A stretch of 63,593 nt of DNA, filler included, from Octopus bimaculoides (Eukaryota): NCBI RefSeq assembly GCF_001194135.2. It is 5 parts of 4 records of this genome, joined end to end, with 100 filler letters (N's around TTAATTAATTAA, not from the genome) between each part and the next. Parts side by side here need not be neighbours in the genome. Positions count along the whole stretch, not along the records: positions 1 to 25,968 come from NC_068986.1; positions 26,069 to 53,294 come from NC_068986.1; 3 more parts are not named here. The stretch is one strand, 5' to 3'. Numbering within the stretch: the stretch's first letter is position 1; every line of letters starts with the position of its first letter. The notes under the pieces are model-generated. The model saw only the letters and a program-made list of their open reading frames with translations. It was not told the DNA's origin and searched no databases. The translations under genes were made by a program, and so were the position numbers. Positions 22,950 to 36,067 of the stretch are shown piece after piece.

Positions 22950-24744
22950 AATATTGAGTACACTATATTCTTATATATTTCCTGTTGTCACACACAGATT
23001 AGGATTCCACACTTCATTGTTTCCAAAAGCATTTTTAAACAGGAGAATCTCTGACTTAAATTGGTTTCTTCTTAAAGCAACACCCCAAAGAAAAGTTCAT
23101 TGATGGGTAATATTCCGTTTATTCACAGTTTCCATGAAATTTTTCATAAGAAAATGAAATATAACACTTCTTGATTTCATCCGCTCTTTTCTCTTATAGT
23201 GAAAGACAACATCTTGCATGTTTTTAGCCCTCATAGACGTACTTTCTATTTGGCAACAGGTACCAAATGTTAATATTTAATCGTAGCAACATCAACGTCG
23301 GCTACAGTTAAAACAAAAAATTGAAACTATATGATATCACGTAGTGATATGATTTTCCTGACCTTATTGGAGAGTAATAAGGACTTTGAGGTTTCTTGTA
23401 TTCGGTTGGAAAAATGTTTTCTGGATTATTATGATGACAAAATTGTTTTACTGTGATGGTAACACGTTCTTGTTCAAAAAAGGTATATTGAAGCCTTTAC
23501 TTTTGTACTGTAGTATGAAAAATGACTGATTTTTGGTTGATACAGTTTACATTTGCGTGTGAAGTGTTAATATTGTTTAGTGTATTGTCACAGAAGTGTT
23601 GTGTTCAGCAGGGAAATAACTTCTTTCATCGTTGCTACTTTTACACTAATTCCTTCGAGTATGCATATGTTTAAATAACCCGCTTCGTAAATTCTTTGCA
23701 ATTCTATTTTCGTTTTGTAAGTATTGGCGGGGGGGGGGGACATCGCTTAGATGTTGTAGAGTTTGTTTAGTTCAGAGATGTCCAAATTTCATAACATACG
23801 CACCTGAGTCCTGAAGTTACATTTTTCGACCGGCGTTCTAGTACAGTGCACCGCGTTCTTTTAGCATATATTCCGGCGTATTTGTGACTTTTAGAAATAT
23901 TATATCAATCTAATTGTAAAACCAAAGATGTATGTTTGAAGGAGATTTAAATGTTAGTTATAGCAGATCAAGAGATCTCAATAAGATTTTTCAGTTTGAG
24001 CGCCGTTAGACTGTTAGTGAATGATCATTTAATTATACCATCCGAGAAAGATGGTAAACATTTGTTGCATCAGAATATAACTTTAGAGATAACTCAGTCA
24101 TCTCTCTCGGTATTGTCTAAGAGCGTCTCATAGATTGTGTTTCCGGAAATTGTTCAATCTCTTTGTGTCCAGAGTATAAATAGAGCAGGAGTCAACTTAG
24201 CCGTATGTCCTATCGAGATCGATAAAATACCAGTCATGTAGTAGGGTTGTTTCTTTTCTTTCCTTCTTCCTCTCTTTCTTTCTGTTTCTTTAGCCCTCTC
24301 TCTGAAAGAAATGGGCTGTGAGCTGTCGTGGAGAAGGACTGGTTTCGCCAGGTCTAACAATTGCCAGGTCTAAAAATTGCCAGGTCTCGACGTATATAAA
24401 AAACTGGCATACCTATAATTTTATCAAGGACTTGAGGACCCAAGACAAGGCAACAGGGATGTCTATTAATGTGCAAAACACAATCAAATAAGAAGAAGCG
24501 CAGAACATAGTAAGTTCTGTTTTAATTGATTTCGAGGAGATTTTTCTTAGAGACTCATGTTTATTGTGAAAAGCAAGACACGGACGAGACATTTTCAGAC
24601 AATTGGTATCTCGGGGATTAGAAATAAGATTAAGAAGTATCAGAAAGAAATGTTGGACTTAGGGAATAAGGGCCCAGTGTGGTTGATGAACGGAGAATAG
24701 GTTGTGGCATAGGAGCACAACACGATAATTCCAAGGAGTAGACA

Positions 24745-24979
24745 TTTATTTCTTTATTGCCCACAGAGGGCAAAACATAGAGGGGACAAAGAAGAACAGA
24801 CAAAGGGTTTCAGTCGATTACATAGACTCCAGTACGTAACTAGTACTTATTAAATCGAACCCAAGAGGATGAAAGGCAAAGTCGATCTTGGCGGAGTTTG
24901 AACTCAGAACGTAATGCTAGGCGAAATACCGCTAAGATCTTCGCCCGGCGTGCTAACGATTCTGCCAGCTCGCCGCCTT
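24745..24979 (-). mobile_element. SINE family D, variant 1
   Basis: Full-length match to 57959-58188. Confidence 0.9.
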
Positions 24980-25149
24980 AAAGAAGAAGATATTGAAATA
25001 ACAGAACAAACGACAAAATAAAGAAGTAGTTTATGTGTGAGTGCATAGCTGGGTGATTCCATGCTGTAAGTCTGGTGGTAGAGTAGAATTAAATGTAAAT
25101 AAATAAGATATCAATGGACGCTCTTTATCATTTCATCACAATACAGAAA

Positions 25150-25545
25150 CATTCATTTCAAATTTTGGCAGAGGCCAGAAATTTCGGAGAAAAGAGTAAG
25201 TCGATTATATCAACCCCATTGTCCAGCCAGTACTTATTTTATCAACCACGAAAGGATGAAATCCAAAGTCGACCTAGGTGGAATTTGAACGCAGAGCGTG
25301 CAGACTGACGAAATGACAATAGTCATTTTCCCCTACTTGCTAACGATTCTGCCAGCACGCCGCTGGGGGTTGGGCTAAATCTATTCCATCGACTCCAGTA
25401 TTAAACTGGTACTTATTTCATGGACCCCGAAAGGATAAAAGGCAAAGTCGACCTCGGTGGAATTTAAACTCAGAACCTGAAGACGGACAAAATACTGCTA
25501 AACATCATGTCCGCCGTGTTAATGACTCTGCCAGTTCGCCACCTT
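25150..25545 (-). mobile_element. Two adjacent degenerate family D SINEs
   Basis: Two successive cores (GTCGACCT.GGTGGAATTT.AAC). Confidence 0.8.
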
Positions 25546-26012
25546 AATGTACAGAGAAATATCAATAACATATTTTAGTATCTTCATGAGTTGTCTTCGA
25601 CGTTTCTCCACAATTCTGTGGATGTAGGATTGCATATATTCATGAAATGAAATAATTGTATCACAGCATTATTAATAATTGTATTGGAGATGTATCATTG
25701 TTCTGAATGTAGGATTTTAATTCGATTACATTCAAATTTCCATATTGAAAATAAAAAATGAAATTGAGACTTCAAACTTGCGGTGATGACTACCGCCCTT
25801 TCAAAATTGATTTTAGACATGTGGACCGTTTTTTTCAGGTTCATATATGTAGTGAAGATAATGTATATATGTATTCTGTACGTTTATATATATGTATGCG
25901 TGCACACCCCCAACATATTTATACACACACACATGTATGTTTATATATATATATATATATATATATATNNNNNNNNNNNNNNNNNNNNNNNNNNNNNNNN
26001 NNNNNNNNNNNN

Positions 26013-26024
26013 TTAATTAATTAA
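26013..26024. other. Assembly gap marker TTAATTAATTAA (also 53339-53350, 56315-56326, 61530-61541)
   Basis: Identical 12-mer centred in 44 N + 12 + 44 N = 100-base gaps; it has stops in all six frames. Confidence 0.95.
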
Positions 26025-26078
26025 NNNNNNNNNNNNNNNNNNNNNNNNNNNNNNNNNNNNNNNNNNNNCAGTAGCACA

Positions 26079-27283
26079 CACAGGCATGACAGAAGTAAAT
26101 AGAAACCCTCATAAGCGTTAAAATTTATTTAGATATGAAAATATGCATTCAAATTTATTAATTATTATAATGTGAATATCTAATATTTAGTAGACATGCC
26201 CTTTGCATTTTTCAATGCAAGGACCCTATTAGGCATGTTACTGATCAGATGAGGAATATTCCCTTAAGGAATTCCTTGTCAAGTTTCATGCAGTAATCTC
26301 AAAAGATCTTGCTTTGAGGATGCTTTCTTGTTTCTTTTATGAAGTGTACAGTCCACTATGTCCCGGGGGTGTTCAATAGGGTTAAAACCTGGTGACTGGC
26401 TCGGCCATGGAAGCTTTTTAATGTCATTCTCTTTAAACCAATATTAAATCTTTTTAGCTTTGCAACAAGGTGCCTCATCTTCCATAAATAAAGATAAAGA
26501 GTCTTCTTTAATCATTTCACCACCGGGGAAGAGTGGAAGGAGTCCTTTCCGCAACATGGAGGAATATCTATCCGAGTTTATGCTTCCCTCACACTCCACC
26601 AGCACTGAACGACCATTGCTCCAAACTGCTCCGCAGACCATGATAGAATAACTGCCGCGTTTCAGTGTTGGCTGCAAACTTTTCACGCCAAATTCTTGAT
26701 CACTGAGTCTCCAGACACACACTCGACTACTGTCAGAAAATATACCAAATTGGATTCACCAGAGAACATGACAGATTCCCAAAATGCTAGTGGCATCTCC
26801 ACCATCTCACTGGCCCAACCTTTTCTCCTCTTGATGTTGGCTGGTCGAAGAAGTGGCTTCCTTCTTCCTGCTCTGCCACGAAAGCCAACTTTGTGGGGAT
26901 ACCTGACATCTGTTCTGGGACTGACATCAACTTGTTCTGCTATGTTACACAAAGTGAAGGGTCCTGTCACAGGGCCCTGGTCGACTTGGGTGAGGTGATG
27001 TGGACTCCTTTCCCTCTCTGTTGAATTGCGCAATCACTCTATTAATTGTAGAAGGCGGGATCTCAAGGTTTTCTGCTAAGTCCACCTTCAGATTGACCCA
27101 CAATACGGCCTCTTTGAAATTCGAACTGTTCCAAGGCTTTTTTTTTTGTACGTGGCTTGATTAAACAGTTATATAGAACCTGAAACATAAAATTGTCAAT
27201 TAAAATAAAATATAAACGTTTTCAAGTTAGAATAAACAAAACGACGTTTTATAGGGTGTGTATTTACTTGTAGCATATTTGTG
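26079..27283 (-). mobile_element. Tc1 element (DD34E), about 1.2 kb, decayed; transposase about 26180-27158
   Basis: RGRIVG...STINRV; VMFSGES; MEDEAPC...WPSQSPGFNPIE (34 spacing); ends GMSTKY*; degenerate TIRs containing AAGTAAATA..ACCCT; TA at 27284-27285. Confidence 0.88.
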
Positions 27284-27730
27284 TATAAATCTACATGCTC
27301 ATATGTGTTTATCTTTTGAATATATTTAGTCTTTGTCTCTCTTCTTCCCCTTCTCTCTGTATATATNNNNNNNNNNNNNNNNNNNNNNNNNNNNNNNNNN
27401 NNNNNNNNNNNNNNNNNNNNNNNNNNNNNNNNNNNNNNNNNNNNNNNNNNNNNNNNNNNNNNNNNNNNNNNNNNNNNNNNNNNNNNNNNNNNNNNNNNNN
27501 NNNNNNNNNNNNNNNNNNNNNNNNNNNNNNNNNNNNNNNNNNNNNNNNNNNNNNNNNNNNNNNNNNNNNNNNNNNNNNNNNNNNNNNNNNNNNNNNNNNN
27601 NNNNNNNNNNNNNNNNNNNNNNNNNNNNNNNNNNNNNNNNNNNNNNNNNNNNNNNNNNNNNNNNNNNNNNNNNNNNNNNNNNNNNNNNNNNNNNNNNNNN
27701 NNNNNNNNNNNNNNNNNNNNNNNNNNNNNN

Positions 27731-27765
<35 letters not shown>

Positions 27766-28723
27766 GCTGAACAGAATAGAAATTGTCTGTCTACAGCTGT
27801 TCACCACTTTGACGTTGTTGCTTAATGACTGCTCTGAACTGTCAGACATGTTCTTAGCATGGAGCAATGGTGATTTACCAGAGTCAGATGATATATCATA
27901 TATTCTCTTGTTAGCAATGCCATGATTTTTGTTTTCTTTTCATAAAGCGTCAGAAACACGTGTTACCTTCTGAACATTAAATCTCATATATTTTCTTTTT
28001 TTGACAGATTCATTTGCATATTTCAACTCGATAATTCGTATATCATGACTACTAGATATTTGTTGAAAATACGAGGTTCAGCTGTAACGTTCACAGGTTA
28101 ACCATGATAATCTCATGGAATGTGACCAAATGAGGTGTATTTTTCAACATAGTCCCCACTCCTGCGGTCTACACACTTCTTCCATAGTTGTTAATGTGCT
28201 TTGATCTCATTGGTGAAGAAACTTTCTTCCTGTTGGTCAAAAAATTCTTCAACTGCAGCTATGTCATCATCATCACTGCAATACTGCTTCCCAGACAAGT
28301 GTTTGTGGGAAAGCAAACGATAACCTGATGAAGTCAAATCAGGTCAACCAGTTCAAAGACACAGCTACGCACAGCAGTCATGAAAACCAGGAATTGTTTG
28401 CTGGAGCATTGTCCCGTTGAAACAAGACCCCTTTCATCAGATTTCCTAGGAGTTTGGTCTTGGTAGACTTTCTTAACTACCTTAGCTAGTTGGTATAGTA
28501 CTTTCCATTCATGGTATAACCGTTTTAACGATAGTTAATAAACATAATACTTTTTGCATACTAAAAAACTGAGGCCATCACCTTCCCTGCAGTTGAAATG
28601 ATTTTAGCCTTCTTTGGAACAGATGTGGAGGGGTGTTTCCATTGCATGGATTGTCTCTTTGTCTCTGGCTCAAAATGATGACCCAAACACTCAACCTGGG
28701 TCAGAAAACGTTCAAGGAAACTA

Positions 28724-30358
28724 CACTATGTTTCCTTTTATTATGCAGGTCAATCGTTCCTTAATAAAATCAAAACCTCTTGTCCGATTTCTTAAACTTT
28801 TTACGAAATATGTAGAAGTATGTATTCCATGTCTCGTGTATTTTTCGTCTAAATCGCTGTATATTTGAAACAGAAATGAAGAAAAACACGTTTGTAAGGT
28901 GTTTCTTTTTATTATGCAAGTTAACAAGATATTGCTTTCCCCTATGTGATATGCGATTTTGAAATGTTCTTTTTTAATTTCAGATACAGGAAATATAGAA
29001 ATGGGTCGAGGTAATGATATAACATCAAAGGAGAAGAAATAAATAGTGAAACTACTGAGAGAAAGGGATAAAACAATTGTAATTTCTAAAACGCTAAATA
29101 AAGATCACAGAACAAAAAAAACAAAAAAAACAGGTACAAAACATTGAGAGAGTAAGAATAAGGAAGAAAACGGGTTTCAAGAACATCACAAATAGGGATG
29201 AGAGAAAACTCAAAAGAATTATGTGCAAAAGAGGGTGGGTTAACCAGCAAACAAATCTTTGAAGAAACAGGAATCTCTAACATACAAGGGGGAAAAAACG
29301 TTGCACAATACTAAAAGAAATAGGCAGAGTTATAAATTTTGTAAAATTGCCTTCTTTACATAAAGTACACGAAGAAGAAAGAGTGACGTGGGCAAAAAAG
29401 ATATATGAAGACAGACTTTACAAATGTAATTTTTACTGATGAGTGCAGAGCAACATTAGATGAACCTGATGGATGGGAAAGCGGCTGGGTGTTACATGGA
29501 AAAAGTCAACCAACATGATTAAGAAGACAGCGAGGTAGTGAAGGAATCATGTTTTGCGCTGTTATTGTTGGAGAAGACATTATAGGTCTATTTAAGGTTG
29601 CTGTTGGAGTCAAACTAAATGCTGAAAATCATTGGAAGTTTCTAGATGACAACTTCTTTCATTGGTACAAATCAACAGCGCAATGTTGCAAGTTAAAAAT
29701 CATCTTTATGCATGATAATGCCCGTCCATACTCTTCCAAACTCACTACTAACCATTCAGCTAAGAAAAATTTCAAAGAACATAAGATAATGGAATGGTAC
29801 ACCCAATCTCCAGATCTAAACCCAATAGAGAATTAGTGGTCAATTATTAAGAAAGATGTATATTCTAATGATAAACAATATCCAAACAAAGATTTACTAT
29901 GAGAAGCACTAAAAACTGCTGCAAGTAATATTAAAAGTGAGATTGTTGAGAAATTGACAAAATCGGTTGATAAAAGAATATTAAAAGTTATAGATGGAAA
30001 AGGAGACTATATAAGGATGTAAAATATATACATAATTATTTGTAAATATAATTATATGATGGAAGATATAAGTAAATATTAATGGTCTGGTTATGTATTG
30101 TTCTATATGTAAATCACATTACATGTAGTTTATAGATTTGTTAACTAGCATAATAAAAAGAAACGTGCTTTTCTTCATTTCCGCTTTAAATGTACACTGA
30201 TTTAGACGAAAAGTACACGAGACATGGGATATATAATCCTGCACATCCCGTAAACATTTCAAGAAAACCAAACAAGGTGGTCAATTATTAAGAAAGATGT
30301 ATATTCTAATGATTGTATTGAGAAATGATTGACTTGCATAATAAACGGAAACATAGTG
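28724..30358 (+). mobile_element. TRT-like Tc1 element (DD37E) with ~200-bp TIRs
   Basis: TIR CACTATGTTTCC / GGAAACATAGTG; TA at 28722-28723; outer and inner repeats TTATTATGCA(G/A)GT within each TIR. Confidence 0.9.
29001..30022 (+). pseudogene. DD37E transposase with stops and frameshifts
   Basis: IFTDE (D at 29438), MHDNARP (D at 29714), SPDLNPIEN (E at 29828); 37 residues between D2 and E. Confidence 0.92.
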
Positions 30359-30970
30359 TTGCTTGATCTGCCTCAAACAATCTCAGGTTTTGCCATTAGG
30401 TGTCAGAAGACGTGGATCAGGTGTCAGAAGACAGGCAGAAACCTTCGTCAAGTCAAGTTCATGGTACAGAATATTCTCGACACTCTCACGAGATATGCTC
30501 ACTGTATCTGCTATTTGATTTATAGTCAATTGCCTGTCATCCATCACCGTGTGATGAACATAATCAATGTTTTCCTCGGTGGTGGCAGTTTCAGAATGTT
30601 CAGACTTTAAGACTCTTCCTTCCGGTCCTAAATTCAGCTGCACAGTTGATAAAGCCGGAGCCCCGTTCCGTAATGTAACAACCATGTCAGAATAAATGTC
30701 GTTGATGACTTAACCCTTTTTCTGGATGTAATTGATAACATCACGATGCCAAATTTTGTCCATTTTCAAGAGAAGTTGCTACTAGTTACTTTTGAAGTTT
30801 TCTTTGAACTGTAAAATATCAGATTTCCTGGACAGAAGTGATGCTGTCATTAATAAGATTTAAAATTAATGCATGCAAGACTTCACGGTTCTAACATCAC
30901 ATGTTCATAGTCAACCTACGAACTTTTCACCCATCCTCGCATCTCATATACACGACTTCATCTATGTTTT

Positions 30971-31184
30971 CTTTTCTACTATATGCACAAGGCTTGAAAT
31001 TTTGGGGGGAGGGGCCAGTCGATTAGATCGACTCCAATATGCAACTGGTACTTAATTTATCGACCTCGAAAGGATAAAAGGGAAAGTCGACCTCGGTGGA
31101 ATTTGAACTCAGGACGTAGCGACGTGCGAAATACCGCTAAGCATTTCGTCCATTGTGCTAACGGTTCTGCCAGTTCGCCGCCTT
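30971..31184 (-). mobile_element. SINE family D variant 2 with 19-bp TSD
   Basis: ACGACT(T/C)CATCTATGTTTT at 30952-30970 and 31185-31203. Confidence 0.92.
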
Positions 31185-31599
31185 ACGACTCCATCTATGT
31201 TTTTATCTCGTCCGAATTTCATTTGTATTCTATACTGCGTGATTGAGTGCAAAATAATCTAAACCGTTATAAATGACTGTTGATTTGCATACATCAGAGA
31301 CAGCATATATTATTTTTTGACGTCTAAAGTTTCAGAAAAACATGTCACTGAAACTCTAATTAACAATTAACACCTAATTTTCTGTATCACAATTAATTTT
31401 CACTCATTCTTTTAATATCCTCTATCACTCAATGATGACCACCCCTGTCTGGTTTGTAATATATGTAAAACATATATCTCAATGTAAGCAAGGTTTCTAA
31501 TATTGACCTAATGTGTGGGAGCTATGCTTTCTCAGAAGTGGTTATAACATTCTAAGTATTTTAGAACTAAAGCTAGAATAACTTCCTTATCATTTATCG

Positions 31600-31769
31600 T
31601 TTACTTTTTCAGTCATTCAATTGTGGCCATACTGGTGCACTGCCTTGAAGAGTTTTAGTCGAACAAAATCAACCTCCATTTCTATCGCTCTCTTTTGCTG
31701 AGCTGCTATGTTACGAGGGACATAAAAAGTTATAACCGGTTGTCAAGTGACTGAGGAACAGACACGAAT

Positions 31770-31819
<50 letters not shown>

Positions 31820-31940
31820 CAAGTTTGTTTCAGATTCCAGCTACCAAAACCCGATCACAAAGCTTTGGTTGGTTCAGGGCTGCAGCAGAACACACTTGCC
31901 CACCCCAAAACCATGTGGTTGGGAAGAAAGCTTCTTACGA
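31600..31940 (-). mobile_element. Degenerate SINE family B with internal (CA)n
   Basis: Tail CAGTCATTCAATTGTGGCCATACTGG and head remnants ACCATGTGGTTGGG. Confidence 0.75.
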
Positions 31941-33840
31941 CGAGAATTAATGCATAAGTTCTATGGTACGGTAAACAATTCTTCCTCTACGTTATTCTTC
32001 AAATCAAATCGAGAAAAGTATTTATTCAAGCTTTTGCCGTATATATAAACAACACAGCTGTGTGATTAAGAATATCGTATAGTAACTACTTGTGAATGAA
32101 TTCGATCCTACAGCATGACACGCAGGGCAAATGCTACCTTCTATCATTGTCTCGATTCGACCAAGACCTCGTGAGTGAAATTTGATAGAGGGAAACTGAA
32201 TGGAATTCCATTTGACAGACGTCCCTGTTCTCAGATGGTTGACTTAATTTATTATTCGATTTAATGCCAGCATTTAGCGACCATTTGGCCACTACTTGGC
32301 CACCACTTGGTCACAACTTGGTCACAGCTTGCCTTCCTTTAGAAGGGTGCACTCTTTTAAAAGACTAACAGCCAGGTTTGTGGTCTGAGGTGAACTTCCT
32401 CTGTTCTACCAGCTTCGGAGACCTTGATATGGGTCATGGACACTGCCAGTTTTCTTCTAACGAAACCATTAAGACAAAAGAAAATTTAAAAGACAATCTG
32501 ATACACTTCTTACGCAATTCTATCTGCCCTTAAATGGTTTTATCTAATTACGTTCAAATAACAATTCTTCTGTTGATATTTCCGTATTTGTTCTCTGAGC
32601 TGTATCAGACTACAGTTAATTTACAGCAATATAGGAAATACATTATCATATAGAACTAATGAATTCATACTCTTTGTTTTGTCTTATGTGATAATTTTCT
32701 ACACCACCAGATGAATTATTCTGACTGAATGAGCATGCGTAGTCATCAGTGAACATGTGGAATTCTGATTGCAATGGAGCTGATGAGATTCAGCTAACTC
32801 AAAATAGCGATTATAAGATTGTAAGTCCCAATGGAAAAAAACACTTACCCAGAATTGTTTTAGAACAAAGCTAGAAAAATGTTTTTCTCGTTTATTATTG
32901 GTATGGCTTTTTGTAATTCCCTTCGTTCATTAATTGCTATATCAATCCCATAAAATCTTTACGATGGAAATCAAGTGATCGTACATACATACATACATAC
33001 ATACGCACGCATGAATATATGAATGCATTTATGTATGTATAAACAGCTTAATTGGGAGATTATACGTAGTGCCCATTACATCAAACTAATGAGATACAAA
33101 AAGGTTGAAATAGCGATGTTTCCATTTCTGCTGTTGTTTCTTGCTATGAACGTAATCAATTAATCTCATAATCTACCCAATGTATAAACAAGCCTTCATA
33201 AACTCTCATTAATCAGCATTTGTATGTGTGAAGATATAGAAAGTACAACTATGAATCATTTCAGCTGGTAGCTCTAGAGGTATACATATCTAAGTGCAAT
33301 CAAACCCAGCTACTAATGGTTGAGTTAAAAGCTAAGCTAAACAGTGATATGTAAAATATTTACTCATAGCAGGGTTGTGTTGCTGTAAGTAGTCACCTGG
33401 GTCAAATTAACATTCTGAATAAAATTATTCTGACTTGATATTAAGTGTATACAGTTTAAAAATGGGTGGGATTTTGAATCGTAGCAAATGGGTGTTGAAA
33501 GAGTTCATAGTAAAAGAAAAAGACTGACAGTAAAAAAAAAATCAAAAAAAAAAAAAATCAAATAAATAAAAATTGAAAAGCACTGATTGAAGGGCCATTT
33601 ATTGAATTAATGAATTAATTACTGCTAAGGCCGAGGCTTTCTGTGAAATAAATTAGCTGAAAGTACGAATCTTAATGCACATTTGAGAAGAAAATAATGT
33701 ACTCACTTTTTTAAGACAGTGAATGACAGGAAAGACACAAGCCCTCATGAATACTTGCTACGCATAGCAGGCGGCTACGAGGGATTAAATATAAAGTCAC
33801 CGGAAAGTACATGAGAAAAGAATGAGCGAGTTTATATAAT

Positions 33841-34054
33841 CCTTTCTACTGGAGGCACAATGCCACAAGCTTGGTGGGAGGGGACTAGTCGATTACATCG
33901 ACCCAAGTAAGCAACTGGTACTTAATTTATCGACCCCGAAAGGATGAAAGGCTAAGTCGACCTAGGCGGAATTTGAACTCAGGACGTAGCGACGGGCGAA
34001 ATGCCGCTAAGCATTTTCCCGGCGTGCTGACGACTCTGTCAGCTCGCTGCTTTT
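33841..34054 (-). mobile_element. SINE family D variant 2 with 16-bp TSD
   Basis: AGCGAGTTTATATAAT at 33825-33840 and 34055-34070. Confidence 0.92.
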
Positions 34055-34424
34055 AGCGAGTTTATATAATACCCACATAACCACCATTTACTGATTGAGT
34101 GAAAATACCTCCGTTATGCTTTACTAGGAGAGATTTTAGAGTATCTTGGAGAGCGTGCGTGCACCCCCCCCACATTCATATTGTTGACGTCATATGAATT
34201 TAAAAACTTTGAAAAAATAGTGTCTAAATATTAGGTTAAAAAAACCCTTTGGACATAAAAGATGGAAGGCTGCTTGTGAGGCTCGAACCCGCATCTCCTG
34301 TTAACATGACAAGCTTTCTACAATTAGGCTAAAGCTATCTTTCGAATTCTTTCCAAATACATGGTTGAGAGGAGCTACATAAATACGCTTGTATGTACAT
34401 ACGTACTTGTATAGTTAAATATAT

Positions 34425-34799
34425 GGAGGCGCAATGGCCCAGTGGTTAGGGCAGCAGTCATAGGATCGCGGTTTCGATTCCCAGACCGGGCGTTGTGAAT
34501 GTTTATTGAGCGAAAACACCTAATGCCCCACAAGGTTCCGGCAGGGGATGGTGGCGAATCCTGCTGTACTCTTTCACCACAGCTTTCTCTCACTCTTACT
34601 TCCTGTTTCTGTTGTGCCTGTAACTCAAAGGGTCAGCCTTGTCACACTGTCACGTTGAATATCCCCGTGAACTACGTTAAGGGTACACGTGTCTGTGGAG
34701 TGCTCAGCCACTTGCACGTTAATTTCACGAGCAGGCTGTTCCGTTGATTAGATCAACTGGAACCCTCGACGTCGTAAGCGACGAAGTGCCAACAACAAC
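34425..34799 (+). mobile_element. SINE family A, full length, with 12-bp TSD
   Basis: AGTTAAATATAT at 34413-34424 and 34800-34811; (AAC)n tail. Confidence 0.92.
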
Positions 34800-36067
34800 A
34801 GTTAAATATATATATATAAGTATGAGCATATAAGCATACGTGCATAAATATACAGCCATTATTGCGTTACCAATAAATATATATTTCTGTGCTGCCTTGT
34901 TTGCACATTATGCATTTTCATTGTATATTTTATTCACATCTGTTTCTTCCCGACCTATGGCCTTTAATTATGTGATAGTAACAGCATTTTATGGAACTTT
35001 TTAAAATCTATTTTTATATTATATGAGAAACCTACGTGTCTTTGGTCACCGGACTGATAAATGCCTTGGCACGAAATTCTTGACCGTGTAATAATTCTTG
35101 TCGTATTTTCCAGCTCATAAAATGTTTGTGATGCAGTAGTCCTTGATAAACAAAACGGCGAGATTGTCATGGATGGAACTTCTTAAATCTTAGGCGTAAT
35201 CAATGGGAACGGGTTCTGCTGCTAAACACCAGAAATGGAAGCAGCAAGAATAACAACAGTGATTTTGTGAACGGCAACAACTGGCAATAACACAAACAGC
35301 AACTACTACAACCATAATCGCCAATGGCTTCCTCGTTACTGCACCGAATGTCAAATTTTTATTGGTACCTTTTACATGATGCTGCCTTTACTCAACTAGG
35401 CTCTGCTGACCTCTGAAGGTGCCCCCCCTCCCACTCAAAAAAAGAGCCGGGAATTCGTGAGCTAAATTCCTAAATTCCTTGTTAGTGAAAAGATTAACGA
35501 CTACCGTTGAATATAATAGCTTACTGAATATAACTGCTTACAGCAACAGACACTCTCTCTGCATGTCATATTTTATCTCTTTGGATGAAGAGATAACCTG
35601 ATCTAGTTAAACTATGACCCCGATTAGGTTAAGGTATAACCTGATTACAGTAAGGCATAACCTTAATTAGGTTAAAATACAATCATTTGCTTAGAATGAT
35701 TTAATTCAGGTTTTATCTCGTAACTTTATTTGTTTAATGTACAATCATTCGAGACTTTGAATCATTGAATTCAATTACACTGGTCAACAAAATAAATATT
35801 TCTTATTTTCTGGCATAAATTCTTAGAGCTGTTTTAGACTAATTTTGGAGTGCTAATTCCAAAACTGACTTGAGATTTCTTCAATCACATCACATTTCTG
35901 TGCCATCAGTATATACCTTTATTTACCTGAATCATACCAAAACTTTACACCTCTATTTGCGAGAACTTGGCTGGATTGTCAAGCTAATTTTGAATAGTTA
36001 GCATGAGTTTTGCTTTTAGACCCTTTCTCTTATTTTCAGATGTGAACTGAACCACTGCGATCTAGTA

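Larger units (their letters stand above)
28072..30939 (-). mobile_element. mariner element (DD34D type) split by a nested DD37E element
   Basis: TIRs CGAGG...(AA/AC)GTTC at 28072 and 30939; N-half MDKIWHRDVI...TATTEENID (30359-30763); C-half HHFEPETKRQSMQWKH...AGKVMASVF...RDNAPA...KKCVDRRSGDYVE (28130-28723). Confidence 0.9.

Noticed and set aside
23290-24720. Complex non-repetitive stretch that might be exon or LINE derived
   Set aside because: No sustained frame, recognisable motif or splice pattern was found by eye.
32286-32331. 11-bp tandem TTGG(C/T)CAC.(A/G)C, four copies
   Set aside because: Short local slippage with no supporting context; the same applies to the ~16-bp triple at 24346-24392.
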